Shown here in pieces: positions 42,525-55,199 of a stretch of 64,000 nucleotides of DNA; the first letter of the stretch is position 1; each line of letters starts with the position of its first letter. The stretch is from Prorocentrum cordatum. Lineage: Eukaryota. The stretch spans positions 868,001-932,000 of the forward strand of contig CAUYUJ010000225.1 of NCBI GenBank assembly GCA_963575745.1. The letters run 5' to 3'. A program made the position numbers and the translations under genes. The notes beneath the pieces were generated by a model. It saw only the letters and a list, made by a program, of their open reading frames with translations. It was not told where the DNA came from and did no database searches.

Positions 42525-44319
42525 CCTCCTCCTCCTCCTCCTCCTCCTCCTCCTCCTCGTCCTCCTCCTCCTCCTCCTCTTCCTGTTCCTCCTCCTCCCT
42601 GGTCCTCACTCCTCTTCCTGTTCCTCCTCCTCCCTGGTCCTCACTCCTCCTCACTCCTCCTCCTCCTCACTGGTCACTTCTTCCTGCTCCTCCTCCTCAC
42701 TCCCCACTCCCCGTCCTCCCTCTCCTCGTCCCCCTTCTTGGCCCTTGCCGCGGCTGATGCTGCGCCGACTGGCGACCCGCTGGCTGGGGGAAATCGACGA
42801 CCTCTTAGATGGTTCAATATAGACCAAGGAGGAGGAGGAGGAGGAGGAGGAGGAGGAGGGGGAGGAGGAGGAGGAGGAGGAGGGAGGAGGAGGAGGAGGA
42901 GGAGGTAGGAGGGGGAGGGAGGAGGAAGGAGGAGGAGGAGGAGGAGGAGGAGGAGGAGGGGGGAGGGGGAGGAGGAGGGGGATCCCCCTCCTCCAATATT
43001 GCTCAACGTGGCTTCCAGAATGCCCGAGGAAGCCCCAAGACGGATCCACCACGGGCCCGAGTGGCCACGGGGCGTCCCCGGGAGGCCCCCCAGCAGGGCA
43101 ACACTCTTCAAACACGTAAGGGCATGCATCCTCCTCCTCCTCCTTCTCCTCCTCCTCCTCCTCCTCCTCCTGCCTTCTCTCGTATTCGTGCCCGACTGGC
43201 TGCTGAGCTTTGAAGGTGGCCCCAAGATTGCCCAGGAGGGCCCTCAGAGACGCCCAAGATGCCCACGAGTGCGGCCCCTTGAGCGCCCAAGAACCCCCAA
43301 TAGCGCCTCAAGGGCCCCCAAGACCCGACACTGGTGGAACCTGAGGGGTGCGCCTACTTAAGTCCCGCCCCCCGTTGGACAGACGGAAAAACAACAAGCA
43401 ACAAACGGGCGCTGAGCATATTTTTTCTGGGGTCATGTTTGGGGAAACTGTTTCCCCAAGCGGTCTCCAATATAGCCCCAGATGCTTGAGGGTTGCCTCC
43501 AGGTTGGCGCTATGTGGCCCGAATTGCTCAAGATGGCCTCGATGATGTCTGCAAGGAGACCCCACGATGGGATGGCCCACGAGATGGGCCCAAGTGGCCA
43601 CGGAGAATCCCAAGCAGGCCGGAAAAAGGGCCAAAGGACAGCAATCGAGGGGCAGTGCAAGATTGCCCCAAAATGGCCCCAAGAGGTCCTCGAGAGATCC
43701 AAGAAGCCTCGCGACGCTCCCAAGAGGCGCCCAAGAAGCCCGAAGAGGCCCCAAGGAGCCCGCTAGAGGCCACCAACCGGCCCCCAAGAGCCCCAGGGCA
43801 TACTAGAGGCACCCAAGACGCCCCAAGAGGCCCCCCCGGCCGCCGAGAGAATCCCCAGGCGCCCCGAGAAGGTCCAAGCCGCGCCTGAGAGGTATCCCAA
43901 GATACTCCGAGAGACATCCGGGAGGCCTCTGGCCCTTCTGCTCGCTCTCTTGCCCCTCTTCCCCATCATCTGCATTTTCCTCCTCCTACTCCCTCCTCCA
44001 TCAATCATGCCACCCACTTTCGAATGAAAGCGGTTGCCCCCCTCTTTGCTCAAGGGCTCCCAACTTCGCGCTTCGCGCGAAGCGCGAATAACCTCGCGCT
44101 CTCGCGCCCCCACCCAAAGGGAGGAAAGGAGGACGAGGAGGAGAGGGAGAAAGAACGAGGACCGCGAAGCGCGAATAACTTCGCGCCCTCGAGGGCGCCC
44201 TTGTTTGCTCCTACATGTCTCTGACCACCTAGCGCACCTGGGCATCGCTTTCGGACGGGCTGGCGGCATGCTCGACCGTGCGACCCCCCCCCTGGCCGCC
44301 CTCGAGCCCCCAGAGGGCC

Positions 44320-45350
44320 CCAGGGCTCGTTCCACCGGGCCGCCGTCGCGGCTCCTGAGCTCCAGGGCTCGCTCCACTGAGCCCCCAGAGGGCCGCAGGG
44401 CTCGTGCCGCTGGGCCCCCGTCGTGGCCCCCGAGCCTCAGAACTCGCTCCACTGGGCCCCCAGAGGGCCGCAAGGCTCCTTCCCCACTGGGCCGCCGCCA
44501 TGGCCCTCTCCGGCCCCCAAAGGGACGCAGGGCTCGTTCAACTGGGCCCCCCAGAGGGCCCCCCTGGACCACACAGGGCCGCAGGGCTCGTTCCACTGGG
44601 CCGCCGTCGTGGCCCCCGAACCTCAAGGCTCGTTCCACTGGGCCCCCGGACGGCCGCAGGGCTCGTTCCACTGGGCCGCCGTCGTCGCTCCCGAGCCCCA
44701 GGGCTCGTTCCACTGGGCCCCCAGAAGGCCGCAGGGCTCGTCCCGTTGGGCGGCCGTCGGACCCCCATGGCTGCCGTCGGGCCCCCAGAGAGCCGCCAGG
44801 CTCGTTCCACTGGGCCGCCGGCGTGGCCCCCAAGCCTCCAAGCTCGTTCCACTGGGCCCCCAGAGGGCTCGCTCCACTGGGCCGCCGTCATGGTCCTCCC
44901 TGGCCCCCACAGGGACGCAGGGCTCGTTCCACCCAGCCGCAGTCGAGCCCCCTGGAGGTCTCGTTCCTCTGGGCCGCCGTGGTGGCTCCCGAGCCTCAAA
45001 GCTCGTTCCACTGGGCCCCCAGAGGGCCGCAGGGCTCGTTCCACTGGGCCCCCGTCGTGGCTCCCGAGCCCCAGGGGTCGTTCCACTGGGCCTCCAAGAG
45101 GACCGAAGGGCTCGTTCCATTGAGCGGCCGTCGGACCCCCTGGCTCCCAGAGCCCCCCTGGCTCCCAGAGCCCCCCTGTCAGCCGTCGGGCTCCCAGAGG
45201 GCCGCAGGGCTCGTTCCACTGGGCCGCCATCGTGGCTCCCGAGCCCCAAAGCTCGTTCCACTGGGCCCCTGGAGGGCCGCGGGGCTCGTTCCACTGGGCC
45301 GCCGTCGTGGCCCCCCGGCCCCCGCAAGACCGCAGGGTTTGTTCCATTGG
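44320..45350. repeat. GGCTCGTTCCACTGGGCC minisatellite with alternating 42 + 33-bp subunits (degenerate related tract at ~52440-52990)
   Basis: Core motif at 44584, 44626, 44659 and onward. Confidence 0.85.
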
Positions 45351-46541
45351 GCGGCCGTCGCGCCCCCCGGAACCGCCTGGCCCCCGTTGGGCGAGATTCC
45401 TCGAGGAACTTCGATGCCCAGGAATCGCTCCACCGAGGGTGGGAGTGGGAGACTGGGTTCGCTGCTTCTCTGCAGAGGCAACCCCGAAGGGCCGACGGGG
45501 AAGCGTATGCTTCTGTACAAGAGGACAGAGCATCGCAGGCGCGGGAGAAGCCAGTCCAAGCAGGCATTTGTTCGCCTCGGCCTTAGGGCGGCGCATGAAC
45601 GCAGCTCAGAAGACGCTCCAGAAGTTGAGCGCAGCCAGTAAGCGGGAACGCGCGGCGAAGGATCTGCGGGCCGTCGCGCGGGAAATGCGCAGCGGCGCGT
45701 CCGCTTTGAGTCGCGCCCACGACGACGGCAGCCCATGGGCCGCGACGACGGCGGCCACAGAGCCTCTGGAGGGACCAGTGCGGCCTCGGATGCCCTGGTT
45801 GTTGGAGCAAACAGTGACAGCTTGGAGGCAGCACTTCGATGACGAGCAGATTGCGTACATGCTGCAGCCGACGAAAAATCAACGCAGGGGCGAGGGGACA
45901 CGGGAGGATGGCGAGCCCCCTCCTCCTCCTCCTCCTCTCCTCCTCCTCCTCCGCCTCCCGTTTCCTCTTCCTCTCCTCTTTCCTCCTCCTCCTCCTCTCC
46001 TCCTCCTCCTCTTCCCCCCCCACCTCCCCTCCTCCTCCTCCCTCCTCTCCTCCCTCCTCCTCCTCCTCCTCCTTCCTCATCCTCCTCCGCCTCCCCTCCT
46101 CCCCTCCTTCCTCCTCCTCCTCCTCCTCCTCCTCCTCCTTTTCCTCCTCCTCTCTCCTCCTCCTCCTCCTCCTCCTCTCCTCCGTCCTCCTCCTCCTCCT
46201 CACCCCTCTGTTTCCTATCCATCCTCCTCGTTCCTCACCCCTTTTTCTTCCTTCCCTGAAGGCCCCCCCCCCCCCCCTTCCCTCCCCACCCTTCCTTCCT
46301 GAAGAGGGGGGGGGGGCTGCGAGGAGGATGAGGACGTGGAGGAGGAGGAGGAGGAGGAGGAGGAGGAGGAGGAGGAGGAGGACGAGGAGGAGGAGAAGGA
46401 GGAGGAGGAGGAGGAGGAGGAGGAGGAGGAGGAGGAGAAGGAGGAAGAGGGGGGGGAAGAGGGAAGGAGGGAAGGAGAGAGGGCAGGAGGAGGAGGAGGA
46501 GCGAACGTCGCCTGAGAGGGCGCGTCTGTCTGTGAGCCGCG

Positions 46542-49500
46542 CTACGGCGCGCCGGCCCCGCCCGACAGATCAGCGGGCAGCGCCAGTGCACGGCGAGCGG
46601 CTGCAACGGCGGTCGTCTGCTTGCTGTAGGTCATTGGGACGTCGTGGTCCTTCGTGAGGTGGTAAGTCCTGCTAGCCACGGAGAACCTGGCGATGCTGTT
46701 CGGGATGCCGTTCTCGCCATGGAACGGCTCGGTCAGCTCGGGGAGGCCGAGCCTCGTCATGTTGGTGCTCAGCTGGCCGCGCGGGAAGCTCAGCTGGTGC
46801 CACGTCCGTTCACATACTAAGTAGTGCTGGATGTTGTCGTCGGCGTGCAGGCACCCGAAGTGGCACGGGCGCTGGGTCGGGATCACGTGCGTCCTGTGCG
46901 AAGTCGTCCACGCGCCCGTGAGGACCTTGAAGGCGCTCCACAGCCTGGAGGGCGGCATGGTCGCGAGGTGGGTGCGGAGGCGCATCCACCGAGCGGGGAG
47001 ATCATCAGGAACTTGCTGGACTTGATGGGGATCACGATGTGAGTCAGCGTCGGCAGGTGGGTCTTCGGTGCCCATGTCGTCGTCGTCGCGGCGAATGTCG
47101 TCAGGGTCGGCGTCGGGCTCCAGCAGAGGCAGGATGTGAGCAATCCAGCGGCGTCCGGCACGGTGTTGGGCGGCCTCGTGGCTGAGCAACGAGGTGCGAC
47201 TGCGTGGCGATCGGCTGCGTGGCGACTCGCCCTGGGCTTCTGGGCGGGCCAGGCGGCGCTCCAGGAGAATGCGTCCAGGGCCGCCCACGCTTGATTGCAC
47301 ATGTCGACAGCGATGCGGCGTCGTTGGGTGTGGGTGGTGTACAACGGCTGGAACAGGTCGGTGCTGAGTAGCTCGTACAAGGAGGTGACGCACCACGGCC
47401 TCCAGTCCTCTTGGCGGTTGATGCGTCGGTCGTTCGTCGGGCGGTCAGGCAGCCAGTGCGCGGACCACGAGCGCGCCCTGTTCAGAAGGCGCTCTTGGGC
47501 TCGTTCAGCTTCACGTCGCGGTCCAGATGGCGGTCATCGTGTAAGTTGGCGGGCAGGGTCCAGCGTAGGATACCACGCGATGAGGCGGCGCTTGACGGTG
47601 CCAGGCATGGTGTCGACGTAGAGCTGCTCGTCCAGCGACTTCATGTAGGCTTTCTGCGGCGCATCTTGGCAGTATTGCGGTGTTGATGGCGATCGCGTTG
47701 TTGAGATAGGCGAGAGGCGTGGCGTTGAAGGATGGCTATCCTGCTCTCGCGGTGCGCTTGTGGATGGCGATCACGGCGGCTCGCGCGCGGGGCCAGGGCC
47801 CAGCCGTGCGCGTCAGGCGCTCGAGACGTGATCCTTCGCAGTCGGCGAAGAAGGTGGAGTGGATGACGCCCTCGAAGCGCTGGACGATGGCGGTCTTGAT
47901 CTCCCAGCAGTCGTTGCACCGCGCGGCTTGCAGTGCAGTGGTGACGGGAAGCTGGTCGCATGCGGTGTCGCAAAGTTCGCGATGTGCGCGTCTCCACTCT
48001 GTCACAGTGGTAGACGCCGTTCTCAAGAGAGTGGCGGCCAGGTAGTTCTCGATGCCAATGGGGGCCTCCACGTTCGTCCAGAGCGACATCGCGAGGACGT
48101 CGGACGTGGCGAAGCTGGAGGGGGCGACGCGCAGCAGCCTGTTGATGGCCTGCAGCTCCTTCTGCAGGACGCCCTCGGGCGGTTCGAAGAGCTGGGCGAC
48201 GTAGCCCAGGCGCGTGGCAGCGGCGACGTTGTACAGCTTGATGCTTTGCTGGATGGGGGCGCGCGAGGCAGCGAGCTTCTCCGCGCGATCCCACCACTTC
48301 ACTGCGGGGCCACGCCATTGGTCAGCAAGCGTGGCGCCTGGGCCCACGTAGATGCCAAGGTAGCGGGCTTTGGACTCAATCTTGAAGTTGAACCATGGGG
48401 CGTGAGCAGCCGCGAGGACGCGTCGCATCTCGGCTACGAGGTCTTGCGATGGGAGGGCCCAAATCGGGACGACGACGCACTTCTTGGCCTGGAGCTGGAG
48501 GCCTGCTAGGGTCGCGGCTGCGATCATGCGGGGGCGAGCGCGCTGATGTCGGCCAGCCCGGCGAGAATGATGCCGAGGTCGTCGACGCCGGTGTTGATGA
48601 GCCCGCGGTGGATGGCGTTGAGCTCGCGGCTGATGGCGACGATGACGGGGTCGAAGGCGAGCGGCCAGATCGCGCCGCTTAAGGGCCACCCCTGAGCAAC
48701 GCCCGACGCAGCGATCAGGAGTCGGCGACGTTCTCCCCCCAAATCGAGAAACTAGGCGGGCCAGAAGTAGCATGCCTGGATCAAGCGCATCACGCGGCCG
48801 CGGATGCCCCAGCGCCCGAGAACGTTCCACATCCACTGGTGGCCGGGGCCGGGGAATGCGGCTGCGATATCCATGGTGACGAAGACGGGCATGTCGGAGG
48901 ATGCGGATGGGGAAAGGCTGTGTCGACGCGCGGTGGCGTCCACGATGACGACGTTGTTCAAAAACTGGCGGCCGTTGACGAAGCCCTGCTGCTCGGGGGG
49001 CGTCTGGGCTGCAAGGGCGCGGGGCTGGCGGTTGGCAGCGGGCGCCAGCAGCTTCGCGTCCGAGCTCTTCATTGCAAGCGGGCAAAGGCAATCAGGGAAG
49101 CGCGTGCACTCCGCATTGCCAGATGGCTCGTCGCCTGTCGGCAACATGGCCATGAGAGAGAAGTTCAGGTCGTGCGGGATGTTGTGAATGGCAGCGATGT
49201 CGTAGCATGCGTCAGCGAGGGAGTCGAAGCTGTCGGGAGCGCGGAGCCAAGCTCGGTATGGAAGTCCGCCAGGGCCAGGGGCTGAATCCCCAGCGAGGCG
49301 CGCTGCTTTCTCAAGCGCCTGCCCATCGGGGAGTGATAATTCTGCTCGCTGGCGCCGGGGGAATACAGAGTCGAGGTAGTCGGTGAGACGCTTCTCGCCC
49401 GCGTGCTTCTCGGCGAACACAAGGGCCCAGTGACGCATGACGGCCTGGTGCATGGCGGCAGGGTCTGTCACTACGTTGGACGAGTTGCCGACAGCGATCT

Positions 49501-50940
49501 TGATGCCAGTCAGCACGAGGCGCTTGGAAAACAGCTTCCGGAGTTCACCGCGGTAGCCTTCTCGCGTGGGGCGCTGGCGCTACTTCTGGCCGAGGGGAAC
49601 GTTGTTGGCGGCAATGGCAGCTCGCGAGCGGGCAGCTGAGAGTGCTTTGCGCTCATCGCTGAGGCTGGCGTGCGTGGTGTCAGCAGTCGTGGTAAACAAT
49701 GCCATGTCGTTGATGCTGACCGTGTTGCCGTCGATCTTCAGGTGAGGGTGCCCGATCTCGGCGTTCTCGATCAGCATCTTCGCGAGAGGGACATTCTGGC
49801 ACCAGACTGCAAGGGCGATGCTGCGCAACGCAATGGCGCGAGTCTCCTTGGAGGCGCTCGCAGTCTGGGACTTCAGCTCGGACTTCAGTCTTGGCGAGCG
49901 CATCGCGCGCCCGGGCGGCTGCGACTTGCACCGCGACCTTGAAAGCGCGCCATCTAACAATCGGAGTGAGCGGCGTCACGTCGATGGTGGCGAGGATCTT
50001 TTCGATGATGCTTGTAGTGATCCGCGTCGGCGATGTAGGCGGGGACGCCACGCTCGGCGGCTGGCTTGGCTTGCGGCGGCGGACGCGGAGGCGCGTGATC
50101 TTGCGGTCGCTAATCGGGCCCCTGGCGTTCTCGAGGGGGGCGTCGTCGGCGACGTAAATGGCCCCCATGGGAGGCGCGAGGTGGCTCGGCAGGTTGATCA
50201 AGCAGCGGTCGATCGTTGATTCACTCATGTTGCCCGCGGCTCTGCGCGTCGTAGACGTGGAGGTGATCTCGATCATGTCGCGAAACAGCGAGCGCCAAAA
50301 GACAGGATGGCACTGGTATCTCTGCGCAGCGGTGGTGTCGGAGTCGACGGGGGCATTGAATGACTTCCGGGGGAACTCGGACACGTTGAAGTCACGCACG
50401 ACCATGAAGAGGCGGCGTTGAGGCTGTTCGTCAGCATGCTGCCGAAGTACTTGCCATTGGTCGCGGAGGTGGGGACGGTCGGCTGGCGAGAAGCCGTAGT
50501 TGTGGACGTTGAGGATGGTGCCTTCGCACTGGAGGCTGGCATCCGTGACGCGCAGCCAAGCGGCGCGGCCGTGGATGACGACCTCGAACCTGGTATGAGG
50601 CCGTTGTTCAGGTGGTAGCTGTTGCTCTCTCTCTTGTCGCACGGGACGAGGAAGCCGATGCCGCCGGCGTTGGCAACGGGCACATCGTTGGCGATCGCGG
50701 GCGAGTGGAACGGTTTGCACGGGTGCTGGGTCGAATTGGCTAGGAGAATGAGGTCGCCAAGGGATCCATGCGTTTCTTGAACAGCGAGAAGAGCGCGTTG
50801 GCAAAGGCAAGTGGAAGCACGCGACGTTTGTCTTCGCGGCGCTGGTCAGATTGCCCCAGGGGAGCTCGGGTTTTCCAGAAAGCAACGTTGAGGCCGTCCT
50901 GAGAAGGCTGCAGGAGCCACGGGCTCCAGCGGTGGCTAAA
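46542..50940 (-). pseudogene. Element A ORF2: APE endonuclease + reverse transcriptase + C-terminal CCHC; several frameshifts and stops
   Basis: APE: AFWKTRA, GGIGFLV, LNVHNYG, VRDFNV, STIDRCL, ISDRK. RT: SAPGPGGLPY, QQGFVNGRQF, MDIAAAFP, GVAQGWPLSG, GVDDLG, RYLGIYVG. C-terminal CHFGC..DNIQHYLVC; stop TAG at 46542-46544. Confidence 0.9.
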
Positions 50941-51975
50941 GTCACTGCGCAGCCGCGAGGGCGTCCGCGAAGTTGGAGGCGAACTCGGCGTTGATCTGTC
51001 GCTGCTCGTCGTCGGTGAAGCCGCGGTCCATGGCAGCGTTGGACCACTGGATCCCGGTGGGTTCGTCAGCATGGGCGCCGATGAGCAATCGAACAAGAGC
51101 GGCCCCACGATTAGCAATGTAGCCAAGAGTTCTGTGCGCGCGGAGGTCGGCGTCGGGGATGGCGTTCTGCATGATTTTGGCGAGGCGTTTGAGTTGCACT
51201 TCTGTGCGGACGGCTTTCGGGCTTTTGCCTGCTGAAACAAATAGAGGGATATGCACACCATTGCCCAGAGTGATAGTAAAACTGCGCCATTCTTGTTTCC
51301 GTTGCGTAGAGCACTGTGAAGACGCTGAGCACGTGGTTCTGCCACGACGATGCCGCCGCTGACCTGGGACGAGTGACGCTTGGCGGGGCTGGCGGTGTTG
51401 AAGATGACAATGTCTTTGGTGATTTCGGCTTTGGCAAACCATTCTGCGAGGGCGCGCTCGAGCTCGGGCTGGTTGAACTCCTGTGGGCTGCTGCGCCCGA
51501 ACGTTGTGGGGTCGGGGTCCCTGTCCCGCGTGCCAAGGCCCTCGAGGTTGAGCGCGGGTGCCCGTGCTTCTGCGGCTGTGACGATGGCTTCAAGCTTTGC
51601 GACGCTGGTTCTGAGTTCGACATTCTGCTTCTCGAAGTCGTTGGTGCGCTGCGTGACGCTGTGGATGCTGCGCTCCGTGGCTTCGTGACGTTGGTTGAGC
51701 TCGGACGTGATCTTCGTGATGGACGAGAGGAAGTCTTGGCTGGCTTGTGCTGTGACAGCACGTGCTGTGGCTTCGAACTTGGCGCTGGCGTCGGCGATTT
51801 GGGCGGCCATGGTCTCCTCCAGCTGCTTGTGAACGTGAGCGGCTAGGTCATGCACTGCGAGCTTCGCTGCACCGTCATGCCATGGATCTTGTTGACGTTT
51901 GCCACAGTCGAGATCCTGTCCGTTGGGGAGGAAAGCGAGTGGTCCTGCCGCTTGTGGAAAAGCGTGCGTTCCCAT
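50936..51975 (-). pseudogene. Element A ORF1 (coiled coil + L1-ORF1p-like domain), frameshift near 51300
   Basis: Heptad-rich segment ELNQRHEATERSIHSVTQRTNDFEKQNVELRTSVAKLE and C-terminal LFVSAGKS..RTEVQLKRL align with element B ORF1 (LFISPDKN..RREVQCKKL). Start uncertain (ATG 51975 or 52152). Premature TGA at 50942-50944, just before CTT TAG. Confidence 0.75.
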
Positions 51976-52152
51976 GGAAATACAATGGCCCACGCCAGCC
52001 ACCCAATATCGCGCGTGAAGGCTGCTGCAGGCGATTGTAGAGCCGAATATGAAGCTCAACCAGCAGGGCAGCTGGAAGGCGTGGCGTGGGAAATGGGTCC
52101 TTAGCTGTCCCTGGACCAAGGGTCTCCGTGCTCTGCCACGGGGCGAAGTCAT

Positions 52153-52174
52153 CTTGAGCCAAAATGGCTACGAA
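52153..52174 (-). other. Genomic copy of the dinoflagellate spliced leader (21/22 match) at the 5' end of element A
   Basis: Minus strand TTCGTAGCCATTTTGGCTCAAG vs DCCGTAGCCATTTTGGCTCAAG; abuts the TSD. Confidence 0.93.
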
Positions 52175-55030
52175 AGGGCAGGAGGAGGAGGAGGAGGGGG
52201 AAGAGGAGGAGGAGGAGGAGGAGGAGGAGGAGGAGGAGGAGGAGGAGGAGGGGAGGAGGGAGGAGAGGAGGGCGGGAGGGAGGAGAGGGGAGGGGAGGGG
52301 AGGGGAGGGGGGAGGGAGGGAGGGGTGATGGAGGGAGGATGGAGAGAAGGAGGGAGGGGGGGGACGAGGAGGGACGAGGATAGGGGGAGGTAGAGGGACA
52401 ATGACCTCGAGATGTGCCACTTCTCGCCGTTGGGGGGGGCTGCAGGGCTGGTTCAACTGGTTCGCCGCCCAGGCCTCGTTCCAACGGGCTTCCGTCGGGA
52501 TCCGCGAGCCGCACGGATCGTTCAGGCCGCAGGACTCGTTTCACAGGGGTCCCGCAAAGTTCGTTCTACAAAGAGGCCCCAGGCCTCGTTCCATTGGGTG
52601 CCCGTCAAGGCAGGGGGCTGCGGGGCTCGTTCCACGGGGGGGCTCGTTCCACAGGGGGACCGGAAGGCTGGGCCCACCGTTGTTCCTGTCTGGGTCCACG
52701 AGCTTCAGGGCACGTTCCACAGAGGCCACAGGGCTTGTTCCATAGGGGTGGGCTGGTTCCACAGAAGGGCCCCCAGGCATGTTCCACTGGCCTCGTGAGG
52801 CCCGCGAGCGCCAACGCTGTTTCGCAAAAGGCCGCGAGGCTCGCTCCACGACGGGGCTCACCGATGGCCGCGGAGGTCGCTTCACTGAGGCTCCAGGGCG
52901 CTCGGCCGCGAGGCTCGTTCCACTGGGGTCGGAGGTCCGCAGAGACCTCCGTGGACTCGAGCGAGTGGCTCTTCGGCTCGCTCCACAGGGACTCTTCTCG
53001 GGGGCCGTGGGTCTCGTGGGGGGCCGGCGAGGCCACGCGAACTCCTGCCGAAGCATGCGGGCCACCGCGGAAGGCCTTGTGAGCATCGTTCGTGAACGGT
53101 CTGGAGAGGATGCTCTTTCGGTCGCGTCCGCGAGCGAGGAGCGCAGGCGGAGACAGAAGCTGTCCGGGGCACGGAAGCAAACCTAATTAGCTGCAGGGCG
53201 CAGAACAGGCCGGCCGGGCCAGGTCGCACAGCGGCCGCTGGGGCCTGGAGAGGATGCGCGCAGCGTCAAGAACTCAACATGGCAACGTCCTGTTTGAACT
53301 CGTCGAGCGTGAGTTTCTTTAAACGCCGCAGCAGCTGGAGTGCGAGCCCAACCCACAATCGGACGAGCAGTGGAGGTATCATGTCGCCTGTGCCCATATA
53401 ACTACGGTTACCCCGCTGTTCCAAAGTGTTCTCCAAGATGGTTCAAGACAGCTCGATCTTATCCTGATCTTGTTCTTTAACCGCTGCGGCTCGCCCCCCC
53501 TTCCACATTCTCCAGCAATGGCCTGCGCCACTTGAACAGAAGGAAACACAATTGAAAATTCATCCTCCTACGCTCTCTCACCATCACTATTTCCCCCCCC
53601 CCGTTCTCCTCTGCATCTGCCCTCCGCGTGCACCAGAGAGCCGATAAGCCAATGCACCAATATGCCGCTCAAGCATATCGGCGCGAAGGAACCAATAAAC
53701 CGATACGCCAATATTTCAATATGCTGTTCACGCCTATCCACTCCAACCTACTCACTCCCCCTCCTCCTCCCCCCCTCCTCCTGCTCCTCCTTCTCCGCAA
53801 CTTCAGCACATGGGTCAGTGTACCAATGTGCCGCTCGAACCTATCCGCGCGAACAAACCAACAAGCCGATACACCGATCTACTAATGTGCCGTTCAAGCG
53901 TATCCCCTCCATATCCCCTCCCTTTCCAGAACGGGACCGGTACGCCGATGCGCCGATATTCCGATATGCCGATATGCCGATACGCAGATCGCGGCAGTCA
54001 GCGCCCTGGCACCAATATGCCGATAAGCTACTAATGCGCTGTTCAAGCCTACCCCCTCCATATCCCCTCCCTTCCCTGAACGGGACCGGTGCGCCGATAC
54101 GCCGATATGATACACCGATATACCGATATGCCGATATGCCGATACACCGATCGCGGCAGTGAGCGCCCTGGCACCAATAGGCCGATAAGCCGATATGCCA
54201 CATTGCACGAAATCTGCATATAGGCATATCGGCGCAACGGCGCCGATACATCGAATCGGCACATCGGCATATCGGCTCGGCGACGCCAAAATGCGAAATC
54301 GGCACGTTGGTGTATCGGCTCCGCTGCGCCGAAAAGGTACACGGGTGCATCGGCGTATCGGCTCAGCAGCAGGGGCGGTTGCTCCATGCGGCCACCCTCC
54401 GCTCTCCTCTGGAGGGCACGCGCGAAGCGCCTTTGGAATATACAAACGTGACTGCACCTCGTTGTTTTATCGAGCGGAAATCTGCACGCCCTGCGCGAAC
54501 TTGGTTGCAGGGGGGACCTCGTGAACTACGAGAGGAACCCTGAGCCCAAGCCCTCTGCAGGGAAAATGGCGGCATCGCGGAAAATCACGATCGGCCCCCA
54601 AACCCACCTGCTCTGCAACATGAGTCGTTCGGGATCGCGCTGTGATGGTCCTGGGGCCCGCCGACATCGGCACCCCGCCCCCAGGAGATCAGCGACGTGC
54701 AAGGACGGGCGCCAGCAGCCCCGCTGGGCGCACGCCTCTGGCCTCCAGTGGGATGGAAGAAGGTGGAGCTCGGAATCGTGGAGGCGCTGAAGGTCGTGCC
54801 CTAGGCCCTGGTGGCGGAGGTCATGGACAGGCCCGCAAAACTACGTGCATAACTTTAACCGAAGAAAGGTGTAAACTAATGCGCTTCGCCGTCGGAGGCG
54901 CCTGCCCCAGGGCGGCTGGAAAATTTATACCCTGACGTGCCACCCTATAGGGATGCAAACTCTCTAGCCGCCCCTGGACGGGCGCCCCCGGATACGGAAC
55001 AGTTTATCTCGTACCGTTCGCCCGCTAGTG

Positions 55031-55199
55031 TTGACCCTGGGTAAGAGTGACCTTTGGTGCGCGGCTTTTTGGAGGGCGCGGGGGGCCAAACCTGGGTGCG
55101 CAAGCCGCTGCTCCTGCTTCGTGTTCAGCCATCTAGGGACCCATCTGCGCCCGCACCAAAATCTCACTCCAGCGAAAGGTCACTCTTACGCCAAGTCGA
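55031..55199. mobile_element. ~170-bp MITE-like element
   Basis: Perfect 15-bp inverted repeat gtaagagtgaccttt (55041-55055) / aaaggtcactcttac (55175-55189); paralogue at ~37500. Confidence 0.65.

Larger units (their letters stand above)
46502..52174 (-). mobile_element. Full-length non-LTR retrotransposon A (ORF1 + APE-RT-CCHC ORF2), decayed, with DinoSL at its 5' end
   Basis: TSD agggcaggaggaggaggaggag at 46480-46501 and 52175-52196 (length slightly ambiguous inside the GGA run). SL at the 5' end. APE, RT and Zn-knuckle motifs are spread over several frames. Confidence 0.9.

Noticed and set aside
44034..45641. 535-aa and overlapping long ORFs
   Set aside because: GC-rich minisatellite open in most frames on both strands.
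45480..45900. Protein-like stretch (..MNAAQKTLQKLSAASKRERAAKDLRAVAREMR..WRQHFDDEQIAYMLQP..), plus short stretches near 42750, 44210 and 53000-53400
   Set aside because: These could be exons of a plus-strand gene, but I recognise no domain and cannot fix splice sites; RNA-seq or a homology search is needed.
52153..52174. SL matches as SL-RNA genes (also 61898-61918)
   Set aside because: They are not followed by an SL-RNA intron. A continues ATGAC; B continues with a relict SL and then element 5' UTR. Both sit inside retrotransposon TSDs.
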